A DNA stretch of 58,534 bases from an uncultured Gammaproteobacteria bacterium. Lineage in GTDB: Bacteria; Patescibacteriota; Microgenomatia; UBA12405. The stretch lies in the NCBI GenBank assembly GCA_964396145.1, contig CAYNEE010000003.1:1-58534 (forward strand), written 5' to 3'. The translations under genes were made by a program, and so were the position numbers. Position 1 is the stretch's first letter; every line of letters starts with the position of its first letter. Positions 28,201 to 37,915 of the stretch are shown here, in pieces. A model generated the notes under the pieces. The model did no database searches and had not been told where the DNA came from. It worked only from the letters and a program-made list of their open reading frames with translations.

Positions 28201-29001
28201 ATGTTAGCCCTAGTCAAGGAATTTCGTGACGTCGTCAAGTGGCGGGAGCTTCTTTGGCAAATGGTTGCCCGGGAAGTCAAAACCAGATATAAGCAATCAA
28301 TTTTGGGCTATTTTTGGGTGATACTAAATCCTTTAGCTCAGATGATCGTTATGAGCTTTGCTTTTTCCCTCATCATGCGTATTCCCACCAATGCTGCTGG
28401 CAATATTCCTTATTCCATATTTCTTTTTACCGCCCTCCTCCCTTGGAATCTATTTGCTACTTCTCTTAACTCCTCTGCATCATCCTTGGTCAATTCTAGT
28501 TCTTTGATTACTAAAGTTTACTTTCCCCGAACTATCCTGGTTATTGCCACCATTTTGGCCAAAATTGTTGACTTCCTTTTTGCCAGCCTAATTCTGGTCG
28601 CCTATATAATTATTTACCGTCTAACCATTAATTTAAATATTCTCTGGGTAATTCCTATATTTTTTATTCAACAAATTTTTACCTTAGGCTTAGCCCTATT
28701 TTTTTCGGCTGCCAATCTCTTGTACCGGGATATTCAATATTTACTTGGCCTTATTCTAATTCTCTGGATGTATATCTCGCCAGTGATATACCCCATGGAA
28801 ATGGTCCCGGAAAAATACCGTTTCGTTTTTCAAATTAACCCCATTGCTGTTATCATCAACGCTTATCGCCAAACAATTTTGGGCGGTGGGAGTCCCAACT
28901 ACCTTAGCCTCGCCATTGCTCTTGTTGTCTCTCTAATTACCCTATTTATCGGATTTTCCTATTTTAAATCACGGGAAAAAGTCTTCGCGGACAATATTTA
29001 A
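28201..29001 (+). CDS. ABC-2 type polysaccharide/teichoic-acid exporter permease (Wzm/TagG-like)
   Basis: REVKTRYKQSILGYFWVILNPL signature and six hydrophobic segments. Immediately followed by its ATPase. Confidence 0.8.
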   Translation: MLALVKEFRDVVKWRELLWQMVAREVKTRYKQSILGYFWVILNPLAQMIVMSFAFSLIMRIPTNAAGNIPYSIFLFTALLPWNLFATSLNSSASSLVNSSSLITKVYFPRTILVIATILAKIVDFLFASLILVAYIIIYRLTINLNILWVIPIFFIQQIFTLGLALFFSAANLLYRDIQYLLGLILILWMYISPVIYPMEMVPEKYRFVFQINPIAVIINAYRQTILGGGSPNYLSLAIALVVSLITLFIGFSYFKSREKVFADNI

Positions 29002-29002
29002 A

Positions 29003-29749
29003 ATGAAAAATAAATTATCCATGGTTATCAAATTTGAAAAAGTCACTAAAAAGTTTTCACTACAAAACCAAAAAACCTTCAAAGAATTCTTACCCGCACT
29101 CATCCGTGGCGAAGAAACCAAAAAAGGCTTTACCGCTCTTGACAATATTTCTTTTGAAATCAAAAAAGGGGAAACTGTCGGTATTATCGGTCCAAATGGC
29201 TCAGGCAAATCTACTATTCTCAAGCTTATTGCCGGTGTCATGTCACCCACTTCTGGAAAAATTTCTGTCCACGGTAAAGTTTCCCCTCTCATAGAATTAG
29301 GTGCTGGTATGCACCCAGAGCTGACGGGTCGAGAAAATATTTACCTCAATGGTGCTATTTTAGGATTATCCCGAAAAGAAATTGATAAAAATATTGAAAA
29401 TATTATTGATTTTTCTGAAATTAGAGAATTTATCAACCAACCGGTTAAGCATTACTCTTCAGGAATGTACATGCGCCTGGCCTTTTCTATTGCCATCCAC
29501 GTCAATCCCGAAATTCTTCTTATCGATGAAATCCTGGCGGTAGGGGATACCGAATTTCAAAAAAAATGCTTTAAAAAAATGGAAGAATTCAAAAAATCAA
29601 AAGAAATCACCGTCATCCTCGTTTCCCATGATCTAAAAAGAGTCAGTGACTTTTGTAACCGGGTTATCTATATTAATGATCATTTAATTCAAGCTATCGG
29701 TCCTTCGAAAGAAGTATGTCATCAGTACCTAAAGACAACACTAAATTAA
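29003..29749 (+). CDS. ABC polysaccharide exporter ATP-binding protein (Wzt/TagH-like), nucleotide-binding domain only
   Basis: Walker A GPNGSGKST, ABC signature YSSGMYMRLAFS and Walker B LLIDEILAVGD. At 248 aa there is no C-terminal carbohydrate-binding extension. Confidence 0.85.
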   Translation: MKNKLSMVIKFEKVTKKFSLQNQKTFKEFLPALIRGEETKKGFTALDNISFEIKKGETVGIIGPNGSGKSTILKLIAGVMSPTSGKISVHGKVSPLIELGAGMHPELTGRENIYLNGAILGLSRKEIDKNIENIIDFSEIREFINQPVKHYSSGMYMRLAFSIAIHVNPEILLIDEILAVGDTEFQKKCFKKMEEFKKSKEITVILVSHDLKRVSDFCNRVIYINDHLIQAIGPSKEVCHQYLKTTLN

Positions 29750-31605
29750 AAAAATGGTCAATACGTGCTTACCGTATATTTAAAAAAATAAAAGGTAATC
29801 CCAAGTCTGTTTTAAAAGCTGTCAAAATTCTCCTGACTCATTCTCCTGGCTACAGTTATCATAAACTCCTCAGCCTCGATGGCCAAAACAATCAAGGTGA
29901 TCGATTTCAACGCTATCAAAAATACTTTAATAACCATTATCCTCACGACTCAAGCAAGATTAGAAAACAACTAAAATCGTTAAACAGAAGACCCCTCCTT
30001 TCTGTCATTATGCCCATCTACAATCCTCAATTAAAATTTCTTCGTGAAGCTCTTGATTCCGTCCTAAATCAAGCTTATACACATTGGGAATTATGCCTTG
30101 CCGATGACCATTCTACCAAGCCTGGAGTCGTGGAAATTATTAAAGAATATGCCGACAAAGACAGTCGCATAAAATACGTGCTGCGACCCAAAAATGGTCA
30201 TATCTGTAAAGCCAGTAATAGTGCTCTCAAAATGGCGACAGGAGACTATATTGTGTTGCTCGATAATGATGATCTTCTCTGGCCAAATGCTCTTTATGAA
30301 ATTGCCAAAACCGTTAACGAGCACCCGGAGGCTGACCTTATTTATTCTGATGAAGATAAGTTAATGGAAGATGGTAATACTCACACTGACCCTTTTTTCA
30401 AACCAGATTGGAGTCCTGATTACCTACGCTCTGTCAACTATATTACTCACCTAGCTGCCATAAAAAGCCAAAGCATGAAAAAACTAAAAGGTTTTAAAGT
30501 TGGAACCGAAGGCGCTCAGGACTGGGATTTATTTCTTCGCTTAAGTCACATTTCTCAAAATATAATTCATATCCCTAAAATTCTTTATAGCTGGCGCATG
30601 TCACCGACCTCTACCGCTTCAGAAATAGGTGCCAGGAATGCTAAAAACTACGCTTATATTAATCAAAAAATGGTCTTAGAGGCAGATCTAAAAAGGAGGG
30701 GATTAAAAGGCGAAATTTTACCTACTGAATTTTTGGGGGTATGGCAAATTAAATATAAGATCACAGGAAACCCAAAAATTTCCATTATTATCCCCACTAA
30801 AGACAAATTTGAACTCATCAGCCAAAACCTTTCTTCACTTTTTAAAAAAACTACTTATAAAAATTATGAAGTCATTATCATTGATACTGGCTCAGGCGAC
30901 CCAAAAGTCTGGCAGTTGTATCAAAAACTATCTGACAAAATTAAAGTCTTTAAATGGAACAAAGATTTTAACTTTTCTGAAGTTTGTAATTTTGGAGTTA
31001 GAAAATCAAAAGGGGATTATTTCCTTTTTCTAAATAATGACACTGAAATCATTTCTCCTGATTGGATACAAGGCATGCTCTCCCTCGCCCAACTCAAACA
31101 TATAGGAGCCGTTAGCTGTAAACTTCTCTATCCCGACAAAAAAATACAACATCTGGGAGGTTTACTAGGTATTACAGGAGACCCGGATGAGATTGGTATC
31201 GCCGGTCATGCTTTTAGAGGCCAAGTAAATAATTTTAATTTATTTAATAGCAAGGCAATTAAAAATTATAGTTTTGTCACCGGAGCTTGTATGATGGTAT
31301 CGAAATATAAATACAGTCAAGTCTACGGGTTTGATCCTCAATTTAAAATTGCCTTCAATGACATCGACTTTTGTCTAAAACTCTTTAGAAAAGGCTACTA
31401 TAACGCGGTCAACCCTCATGTCTCTCTATTCCACAAAGAATCCGCCTCTCTTAAAAAACCAGGAGAAGCGGGGAGGGACATAAATCAATGGAAAAAAGAG
31501 ATAAAACTATTTCTAAAGCGATGGAACAATCTTCGTGAAAACGATCCTTTTTCCAATCAGAATTTTTCTAAAGATACTGAAAATTTTGATAATTTTATCA
31601 CTTAA
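29716..31605 (+). CDS. Glycosyltransferase with two GT2 domains
   Basis: Domain 1: LLSVIMPIYNPQLKFLREALDSVLNQ, LCLADDHS, VLLDNDD. Domain 2: ISIIIPTKDKFELI, VIIIDTGSGD, FLNNDT. The start is uncertain because it overlaps the previous gene by 34 nt. Confidence 0.8.
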   Translation: MSSVPKDNTKLKKWSIRAYRIFKKIKGNPKSVLKAVKILLTHSPGYSYHKLLSLDGQNNQGDRFQRYQKYFNNHYPHDSSKIRKQLKSLNRRPLLSVIMPIYNPQLKFLREALDSVLNQAYTHWELCLADDHSTKPGVVEIIKEYADKDSRIKYVLRPKNGHICKASNSALKMATGDYIVLLDNDDLLWPNALYEIAKTVNEHPEADLIYSDEDKLMEDGNTHTDPFFKPDWSPDYLRSVNYITHLAAIKSQSMKKLKGFKVGTEGAQDWDLFLRLSHISQNIIHIPKILYSWRMSPTSTASEIGARNAKNYAYINQKMVLEADLKRRGLKGEILPTEFLGVWQIKYKITGNPKISIIIPTKDKFELISQNLSSLFKKTTYKNYEVIIIDTGSGDPKVWQLYQKLSDKIKVFKWNKDFNFSEVCNFGVRKSKGDYFLFLNNDTEIISPDWIQGMLSLAQLKHIGAVSCKLLYPDKKIQHLGGLLGITGDPDEIGIAGHAFRGQVNNFNLFNSKAIKNYSFVTGACMMVSKYKYSQVYGFDPQFKIAFNDIDFCLKLFRKGYYNAVNPHVSLFHKESASLKKPGEAGRDINQWKKEIKLFLKRWNNLRENDPFSNQNFSKDTENFDNFIT

Positions 31606-33544
31606 CTTTATAGAAAAAAAACGTTGCTTTTGAAGTTTTATAATTATCAATTAACTGTAAACAATTGTCATCTTTTGTTTTTGGATTCATCAATACTATG
31701 TATCCCACGTTTAATAAATCTAACTTTTTGTCACATGGGTCAATAGCTACGGAAAAGGTGTCAGTTTGCTTTAAATTAAAGACAGACCTATCTTTAGTTT
31801 TTCTTTCAAAATAAACATGAGCAAACCTATTATAAATATCCATATATTTATGATCTTGATCAACCTTCTCCCACAAACCTAACTGTGGGTGAAAATAAAC
31901 AGTACTTAAAGTTGGTAATCCTTGAGAGATTAGTAACTGACCAAATATATTACTGTCATAAACTACCCATCTTTTGCTTGAATCAAAATCACTCCTACTT
32001 CTAATACTGTTTATTAACTCAGGAAATTCACCTTTGTATATTTGACCAAAACCTTTATATATGGGATTTACCTTGTAAGTCGAAAAAAAAGAAAAAAAGA
32101 CCAAGAGAAAACAATAAAAAACTTTTTTTTGCATCAGCACTGAAAAAACTAAAGCTGATGCTATTACAGAAATAAAAATAATTTTAAATTTATTTTGTAT
32201 AAAAACAGGAAATTGTTGCGAAAGATAATGCCCCAGATACAAACTAACAAGAAAAGAAAATAAAATTAATACAAAAGACATGATGTAGTATGTTGTTGTT
32301 TTTTTTATTTTTAGATTAAATACGTAATAAATCGAAAAAAATAAGTCTGCTAAACCAATTCCAATAATTGCTCTATTCATATATTGGTTATTAGGTACCA
32401 GGTACATAAAACTAATTTTTGATAAAAATTTTCCTAGAGGTAAAAAAAGCCACACGTTCATAAGTACTAAATAGACAAAAAGAGCCACAAACAAATAATC
32501 AACTCTTTTAGTCTTGACTTGAAATACAATTAACACTAAAGCTGCTATCACCAAATAAGGAAACAAAATGAAAAAACCTGATCCCTCACTTTGATTTTGC
32601 CAGAACGCCACTCCCTTAGAATCTTCCAAAAACTGAATGTTATAGAAATAACTTAAATAAGGTCTCAAGTTATAATCACCACCTGTATATATTCTCTGGC
32701 CCGGATATGAAGTCTTACTAACACTCGTAATGACCTCCTTGTTTTGGCAGAAGAACCCAATAAGAAAAAATATTAGGAAAATTATTCCGGAGGCTAATAG
32801 TAAAATTTTATTTTTTAAATAGAATTTTTTACTTAAAAAATATCCAATTATAAAAAAAAGAATTAACCAACCCAAAACCACAACATAAGGTGGGTATAGC
32901 GTAAAAATTAGACATAGTAAAAAAAATAAACCTAAAATCAAAAGTCCTAATGACTTCCAAAAGCTATTTGATTCAAAAAATAACATTAAAAAATACAAAC
33001 AAAACAACACATAGCTAGCATACAAAGACAAACTGTTTGACCACCATTGGTTAAAAGGAGAAAAAAATAGAATGAATCCTGAAGTAACTGCAATTAGATT
33101 ATTATTAGTTAATTTATAAAAAAATAAATATGAGCTTATTAAAAGAAGAAAAGGCATCATCCACCAAAAAACAGAAAATGCAGTTTCAGCAGAAAATATC
33201 AAAAAAGGTAAAAAATTTGGATGAAAGATTGTCCACACATTCTTATATGGAATTCCACTAGTCAACCAGTTGTTGAAAACACCAATATCTTTGGAAAATG
33301 GCAACAAATTGTTTCTTGTTGATTGGTAAAGCGTAAAAGGTGTTACTACTAACCATTCATCACTTCTTATCGGTCTTGGTTTATATCTTATTAAACTTAA
33401 ATCAACACCTGTTTTGTCTATATAAGAGTTCAATATACCCACAGAACTTCCCGACAATTTAAAAAATGAGAGTACACCAAAAAATAAAGATAAAAAAATT
33501 AAATAAAACCAAAAAAACTTATTTTTTCTCATTTGCAGAATCAT
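31598..33544 (-). CDS. Uncharacterised large polytopic membrane protein with a C-terminal soluble domain (candidate GT-C or polymerase)
   Basis: 648 aa with at least 12 hydrophobic segments. PRPIRSDEWLVVTPF follows the first TM helix. The C-terminal tail of about 130 aa is hydrophilic and contains a Cys pair. I recognise no family. Confidence 0.4.
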   Translation of the reverse strand: MILQMRKNKFFWFYLIFLSLFFGVLSFFKLSGSSVGILNSYIDKTGVDLSLIRYKPRPIRSDEWLVVTPFTLYQSTRNNLLPFSKDIGVFNNWLTSGIPYKNVWTIFHPNFLPFLIFSAETAFSVFWWMMPFLLLISSYLFFYKLTNNNLIAVTSGFILFFSPFNQWWSNSLSLYASYVLFCLYFLMLFFESNSFWKSLGLLILGLFFLLCLIFTLYPPYVVVLGWLILFFIIGYFLSKKFYLKNKILLLASGIIFLIFFLIGFFCQNKEVITSVSKTSYPGQRIYTGGDYNLRPYLSYFYNIQFLEDSKGVAFWQNQSEGSGFFILFPYLVIAALVLIVFQVKTKRVDYLFVALFVYLVLMNVWLFLPLGKFLSKISFMYLVPNNQYMNRAIIGIGLADLFFSIYYVFNLKIKKTTTYYIMSFVLILFSFLVSLYLGHYLSQQFPVFIQNKFKIIFISVIASALVFSVLMQKKVFYCFLLVFFSFFSTYKVNPIYKGFGQIYKGEFPELINSIRSRSDFDSSKRWVVYDSNIFGQLLISQGLPTLSTVYFHPQLGLWEKVDQDHKYMDIYNRFAHVYFERKTKDRSVFNLKQTDTFSVAIDPCDKKLDLLNVGYIVLMNPKTKDDNCLQLIDNYKTSKATFFFYKVK

Positions 33545-35291
33545 AATTCACACAATTTCTTTTATATAACTCAAGGTCTAAAGGAGGATAAACTACTATC
33601 TGACTTCCATTCTTTGTTGACTCACTTATTAATTTGTCTGCCTCACATTCAACTTCTAGTAAGCGCCTAGGGTTTAAGATTATCGTTTTACCATTAATCT
33701 TCTTTAGTTCGTTTACGTAATAATCATAATCTCTAAACTTTAGCGGATTTTCAAAATCAAAAATAACATTAGATTTTATTGGCAAAAATGCCAACGTGGC
33801 CCAACGTGTACTTTGATAATCATCATCAATATAAATAGAATTTTGAAATTCAAAATTCTCCATCGCATAAATAACCGTATTGTATTTTTCTTTATTATTA
33901 GAAAAAAAATTAACCTGTCCATTTAATATATCCCCAAAAGACATTTCATTTAATATCAATTTAAAACTTAATAACAACCACAAAATAAAAGAGCCAATAA
34001 TAAAAATTTCATTGCCCTTGTTCTTTTTTACTTTTTGGTAAAGATCCTTGATGAATAAATATATTCCAGATAAAGAAAAAATGGCTAAAACTAAAATAAT
34101 GGAGTTAAAAATTTTAAAAAAAGAATAGGATAATCTACCTACAAAAGCTAATTGTATTCCTAATAAAATTAAACAATAAACTAATATTGCTGTACCAAAA
34201 TACAACATTGTATTTAGTTCATCTTCTTTTCGCTTAATTAAAACGTAAAAACTAAATAATGTGTAAATAAAAAACACAGCTAATGAATAATTTGGGTAAC
34301 CTCCATCAACTGTGACTAAATATTTTATTGAACCTTGAAAAAAATATAATTGAAATAACAAAGTCATCGATAACATCAAGGAAACTATTAAGTATTTTCT
34401 ATATGGTGGTTGTTTAGTTTTAAAATATAATAATAAAAAAAAGAAAACTAGCGCAGGAATTAAAAAAGTATAAGAATAAAAAAATCCAAAAATTATGCTA
34501 ATAATATATAATTCACTGTCCTTTTTTTTAAGTAAAACAAAATATAATAGTGCAACTGTAAAAAGATGGTTTAACCAATTAGAAAAAAAGCCATATTCCA
34601 TAAATCTGACCGTAACTACATTTCCTATACAAAAAACAGACAAAACAACCAATATCTTTGGTAATTTATTTTTTGTTTTCAATAAATCCAAAATCGTAAC
34701 AGAAATAAAAAAATTTATTAATAAAAATATAGACCAGATATAAATCGACATTATGTTTGCTATCCATAATGGATCAAAATTCTTTATTAAAATTTTTCCT
34801 ACAGATAAAAAGAACCAGCCATTACCATGAAAACCGAAGGGGTAATATGTGTCTTCAAAAACTCCTGATTTAAATAAATTATAAGTAAATTTTAAATGCT
34901 GCGCTCCGTCCTCAGTCATTGATGGTATAGGAAACCTAAGACCGTTATCAAAAGATTTATAACTTAAAAAAAACAAAATTACTGTAAACAATAGGCATAA
35001 AAAAGCAACAAAATCGTTATTACTTTCACTTTTAGATTCATTAGCACTTATTTTTTTTAACCTAATCCAAAGAAATATCGATACAAATAAATTAAGATAA
35101 ACTAATAAATAAAAATTTAAATGTTGCTTAAGTAAGAAAGTAAATAAAAAATAAATCGAGTTAATTGCTAGTATTAACAGATAGGAAGAAAAAAAAGATT
35201 CAAACTTGCCAAAACCAAAAACTCTCTTCAATCCCAAAGAATATAATCCAAGGATTATAATTAACAAAGCTAGTATAAAATACGAAAACAT
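33519..35291 (-). CDS. Uncharacterised large polytopic membrane protein with a C-terminal soluble domain
   Basis: 590 aa with at least 12 hydrophobic segments. Loop PSMTEDGAQHLKF. The hydrophilic C-terminal tail of about 140 aa contains three Cys (VECEADK, KRNC). I recognise no family. Confidence 0.4.
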   Translation of the reverse strand: MFSYFILALLIIILGLYSLGLKRVFGFGKFESFFSSYLLILAINSIYFLFTFLLKQHLNFYLLVYLNLFVSIFLWIRLKKISANESKSESNNDFVAFLCLLFTVILFFLSYKSFDNGLRFPIPSMTEDGAQHLKFTYNLFKSGVFEDTYYPFGFHGNGWFFLSVGKILIKNFDPLWIANIMSIYIWSIFLLINFFISVTILDLLKTKNKLPKILVVLSVFCIGNVVTVRFMEYGFFSNWLNHLFTVALLYFVLLKKKDSELYIISIIFGFFYSYTFLIPALVFFFLLLYFKTKQPPYRKYLIVSLMLSMTLLFQLYFFQGSIKYLVTVDGGYPNYSLAVFFIYTLFSFYVLIKRKEDELNTMLYFGTAILVYCLILLGIQLAFVGRLSYSFFKIFNSIILVLAIFSLSGIYLFIKDLYQKVKKNKGNEIFIIGSFILWLLLSFKLILNEMSFGDILNGQVNFFSNNKEKYNTVIYAMENFEFQNSIYIDDDYQSTRWATLAFLPIKSNVIFDFENPLKFRDYDYYVNELKKINGKTIILNPRRLLEVECEADKLISESTKNGSQIVVYPPLDLELYKRNCVNYDSANEKK

Positions 35292-35299
35292 ATAGTTTA

Positions 35300-35322
35300 T
35301 ATTATACTTTCAAAGTATAATA
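35300..35322. promoter_or_regulatory. Perfect 11-bp inverted repeat (TATTATACTTT-C-AAAGTATAATA) in a divergent intergenic region, with a TATAAT hexamer readable on each strand
   Basis: Read directly from the sequence. It sits in the 42-nt gap between the start codons at 35291 (-) and 35334 (+). Confidence 0.35.
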
Positions 35323-35333
35323 AATACAGAACC

Positions 35334-36107
35334 ATGATAAAAGAAAAAATACAAAAACTTAATATTTATTTTCAGGCTTTATCAAAAACTGAGTTAAAAC
35401 CTCTTAACTTGTTAGTCTTATCAATTAATAAACTAAATGGTAATCTATTTGCCAAACAAAAATGGGTAAAAAATTTAAAACCTAAAACTATAATAGATAT
35501 TGGCGCAAACACCGGTCAAGCAGCCAAAGAGTTTAGAAAAAATTTCCCTAAAGCCAAAATATACTCTTTTGAACCATTACCTGAATGTTACAAAAAATTA
35601 ACTAAATTTTTTTCTGGAGACAAAAATTTTAAATCTTATTGCTATGCATTGGGTAAAAAAACCGAAAATAAATATATAAATGTAAATGAATTTAATCCTT
35701 CATCTTCTCTTCTTAATACAAGTAAAACTGGGAGAAAACTATATCCTCAAATAAAAAAAGCAACTAAATTAAAAATTAAAGTAAGATCATTAGATAGTTT
35801 CAAGTTCGAAAAAAAAGGACACACTTTTATCAAAATTGATGTTCAGGGATTTGAGGATAATGTAATTCGGGGAGGTATAAAAACAATAAAAAAATCAAGT
35901 ATAGTTATAATTGAAACTTCATTCGTAAAAATTTATGAAAATCAGCCTTTATTCGGTGATATATACAAAAAACTAACAAACCTAGGTTTTTCTTTTGTTG
36001 GATTTTCCGAAGTTTATGTAAATCCAAAAACAAGTTTTCCTTTATTCTGTGACAGTGTATTTATTTCTTCTCAAGTAAAAAAACAACTGACCCGCCAAAA
36101 TACTTAA
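35334..36107 (+). CDS. FkbM-family SAM-dependent methyltransferase
   Basis: IIDIGANTGQAAKEFRKNF, IYSFEPLPECYKKL and IKIDVQGFEDNVIRG. Confidence 0.7.
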   Translation: MIKEKIQKLNIYFQALSKTELKPLNLLVLSINKLNGNLFAKQKWVKNLKPKTIIDIGANTGQAAKEFRKNFPKAKIYSFEPLPECYKKLTKFFSGDKNFKSYCYALGKKTENKYINVNEFNPSSSLLNTSKTGRKLYPQIKKATKLKIKVRSLDSFKFEKKGHTFIKIDVQGFEDNVIRGGIKTIKKSSIVIIETSFVKIYENQPLFGDIYKKLTNLGFSFVGFSEVYVNPKTSFPLFCDSVFISSQVKKQLTRQNT

Positions 36108-36816
36108 TTACAGGCAATCCACCAAGAAAAAAAGACACTTTGTCTAGCCTTTTCATTAAAGTACTATTTTTAAACAAACTTGCGGGGATAAATTCTGTGG
36201 TTTGTAGTAGTTTAATTTTAAAACCAGGAAAATATTTTTTAATTAACATGGGGTTGATTGCCCATTCGTCCTTTGAATCTCCTGCCTTTTTCTTTAAAAA
36301 AGGAATAGATTTTATCAAGAAAACCACTGGATTTAATATATTTGGCTCATAAAAATACACTTTACCTTTTTGTTTTAACACCCTATTAATTTCTTTATAA
36401 ACGGTTTTTATATCAAGGTGGTGTAAAATATAAAAACCTATAACTGCATCAATCGAATTGGTTCTGATACTTTTCATCTCGTAAGCGCTCTCTACACAAA
36501 AATTAACATTTTTGTATTTTTTACACTTTTCTTTTGCCACTTTAATCATCCCAGCAGAAATATCAGTAGCAGTTATCTTAAAATTATTCTTCTTAGCAAT
36601 ATGTCTAGTGTATTCACCTGTACCACATCCTATCTCTAGAATCCTTGGTTTTAGTTTTTCATTAATTTTTAAATTTTTAATACAGTGATTGGCTTTTTTT
36701 AATATTTTATATTTTGTAAACACAGAATTATATCCATAATTTTTATCGTATGACCTAGAAAAACTATCAAAATACTTTTTTTCTGAAGATTCTAATTTTT
36801 TGATATTACTCTTCAT
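36061..36816 (-). CDS. Class I SAM-dependent methyltransferase
   Basis: ILEIGCGTGEYTRHI, ITATDISAGMI, IDAVIGFYILHHL and LKQKGKVYFYEP. Confidence 0.75.
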   Translation of the reverse strand: MKSNIKKLESSEKKYFDSFSRSYDKNYGYNSVFTKYKILKKANHCIKNLKINEKLKPRILEIGCGTGEYTRHIAKKNNFKITATDISAGMIKVAKEKCKKYKNVNFCVESAYEMKSIRTNSIDAVIGFYILHHLDIKTVYKEINRVLKQKGKVYFYEPNILNPVVFLIKSIPFLKKKAGDSKDEWAINPMLIKKYFPGFKIKLLQTTEFIPASLFKNSTLMKRLDKVSFFLGGLPVIKYFGGSVVFLLEKK

Positions 36817-36817
36817 T

Positions 36818-37585
36818 TCATTTTAAAAAACTGTATATTAGTTTTATCAGTAAATTACTCAAATTATGTAAATACACTAATAGTTTAGATATTTCTAAAT
36901 TATTTAGGCTTTTTATTTCTTCATCAAATTGTTGAATATAACTTGATTCTCCCTTCGAATTTTTATGGATTCTAAAATTACTTAACACCTCCGGTACAAT
37001 AGTCAATTTATACTCACTCATTAAACGTAACCAGTACTCATAATCCATTGTATATTTTAATTTATCGTTAAAATAACCAATTTTTTTAAAAGCTTGCTTA
37101 CTCCAAAACGTAGAAGGTTGACTAATAAAATTTGTGATAGGAAGTGATATATTAGTGGGTAATATTTTCCAGATATTCTTATATTTTGGTATAAAAGATC
37201 TCCTAACCTGTCCTCTCTCGTCGACAATTTTGTAATCTCCTGTTAACCAGTTACATTTCGGATTGTTTTCAAAAATGTTACTTACTAAATTAAAAGTATT
37301 TTTCTCGTAATAATCATCTGAATTAATAAACGCGATAATATCTCCATTAATTCTTTTTAAACCTTTATTGATTGCATCCGTCTGCCCTTTATCCTTTTCC
37401 GATATCCACTTAATTTTTTTTCCATAACTTTTTAATATTTCTATGGTTTCATCACTTGAACCACCATCAATTATCCAATATTCTAAGTTAGGATAGTTCT
37501 GGTTCAAAATACTATCTATGGTTTGTTTTATAAACTTACCCTGATTGAAAGATGGCGTAATAATAGATATTTTTGGACACTTCAT
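36818..37585 (-). CDS. GT2-family glycosyltransferase
   Basis: ISIITPSFNQGKFIKQTIDSILNQ, YWIIDGGSSDET and IAFINSDDYY. Confidence 0.8.
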   Translation of the reverse strand: MKCPKISIITPSFNQGKFIKQTIDSILNQNYPNLEYWIIDGGSSDETIEILKSYGKKIKWISEKDKGQTDAINKGLKRINGDIIAFINSDDYYEKNTFNLVSNIFENNPKCNWLTGDYKIVDERGQVRRSFIPKYKNIWKILPTNISLPITNFISQPSTFWSKQAFKKIGYFNDKLKYTMDYEYWLRLMSEYKLTIVPEVLSNFRIHKNSKGESSYIQQFDEEIKSLNNLEISKLLVYLHNLSNLLIKLIYSFLK

Positions 37586-37591
37586 ACGCTT

Positions 37592-37915
37592 TCACTTCAC
37601 CGATATTTTCCTAACCAATTCTTCAATTTGTTTCCTCATTTTATTTATTCTGATGTGGTTTTCAAACATCACATAAGTCAAAACTACCAAAGCACTAACG
37701 GTAATAAAATCAAACAGACGAATAAAAAATAGCTCTTTTATAAGTGGTTCAAGTGATTTTGGAAATAAAGTCACCCAAATCAAACCAATCCATAGAATCA
37801 ACCAAACTGTGGCTCCTTCGTTGCCAATTTCTTTCTTCTTCCAGTGGAGAAAAAGATTGTAAAGCATTAACAAACCAAAAGCAGCTACTATTATTTGCAC
37901 ACCTACGATTGTCAT
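37592..37915 (-). CDS. Small three-TM membrane protein, DUF2304-like
   Basis: 107 aa with three hydrophobic helices and a charged C-terminal helix (RINKMRKQIEELVRKI). ATGA-coupled to the upstream DPM1-like GT2, which is the usual DUF2304 context. Confidence 0.45.
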   Translation of the reverse strand: MTIVGVQIIVAAFGLLMLYNLFLHWKKKEIGNEGATVWLILWIGLIWVTLFPKSLEPLIKELFFIRLFDFITVSALVVLTYVMFENHIRINKMRKQIEELVRKISVK

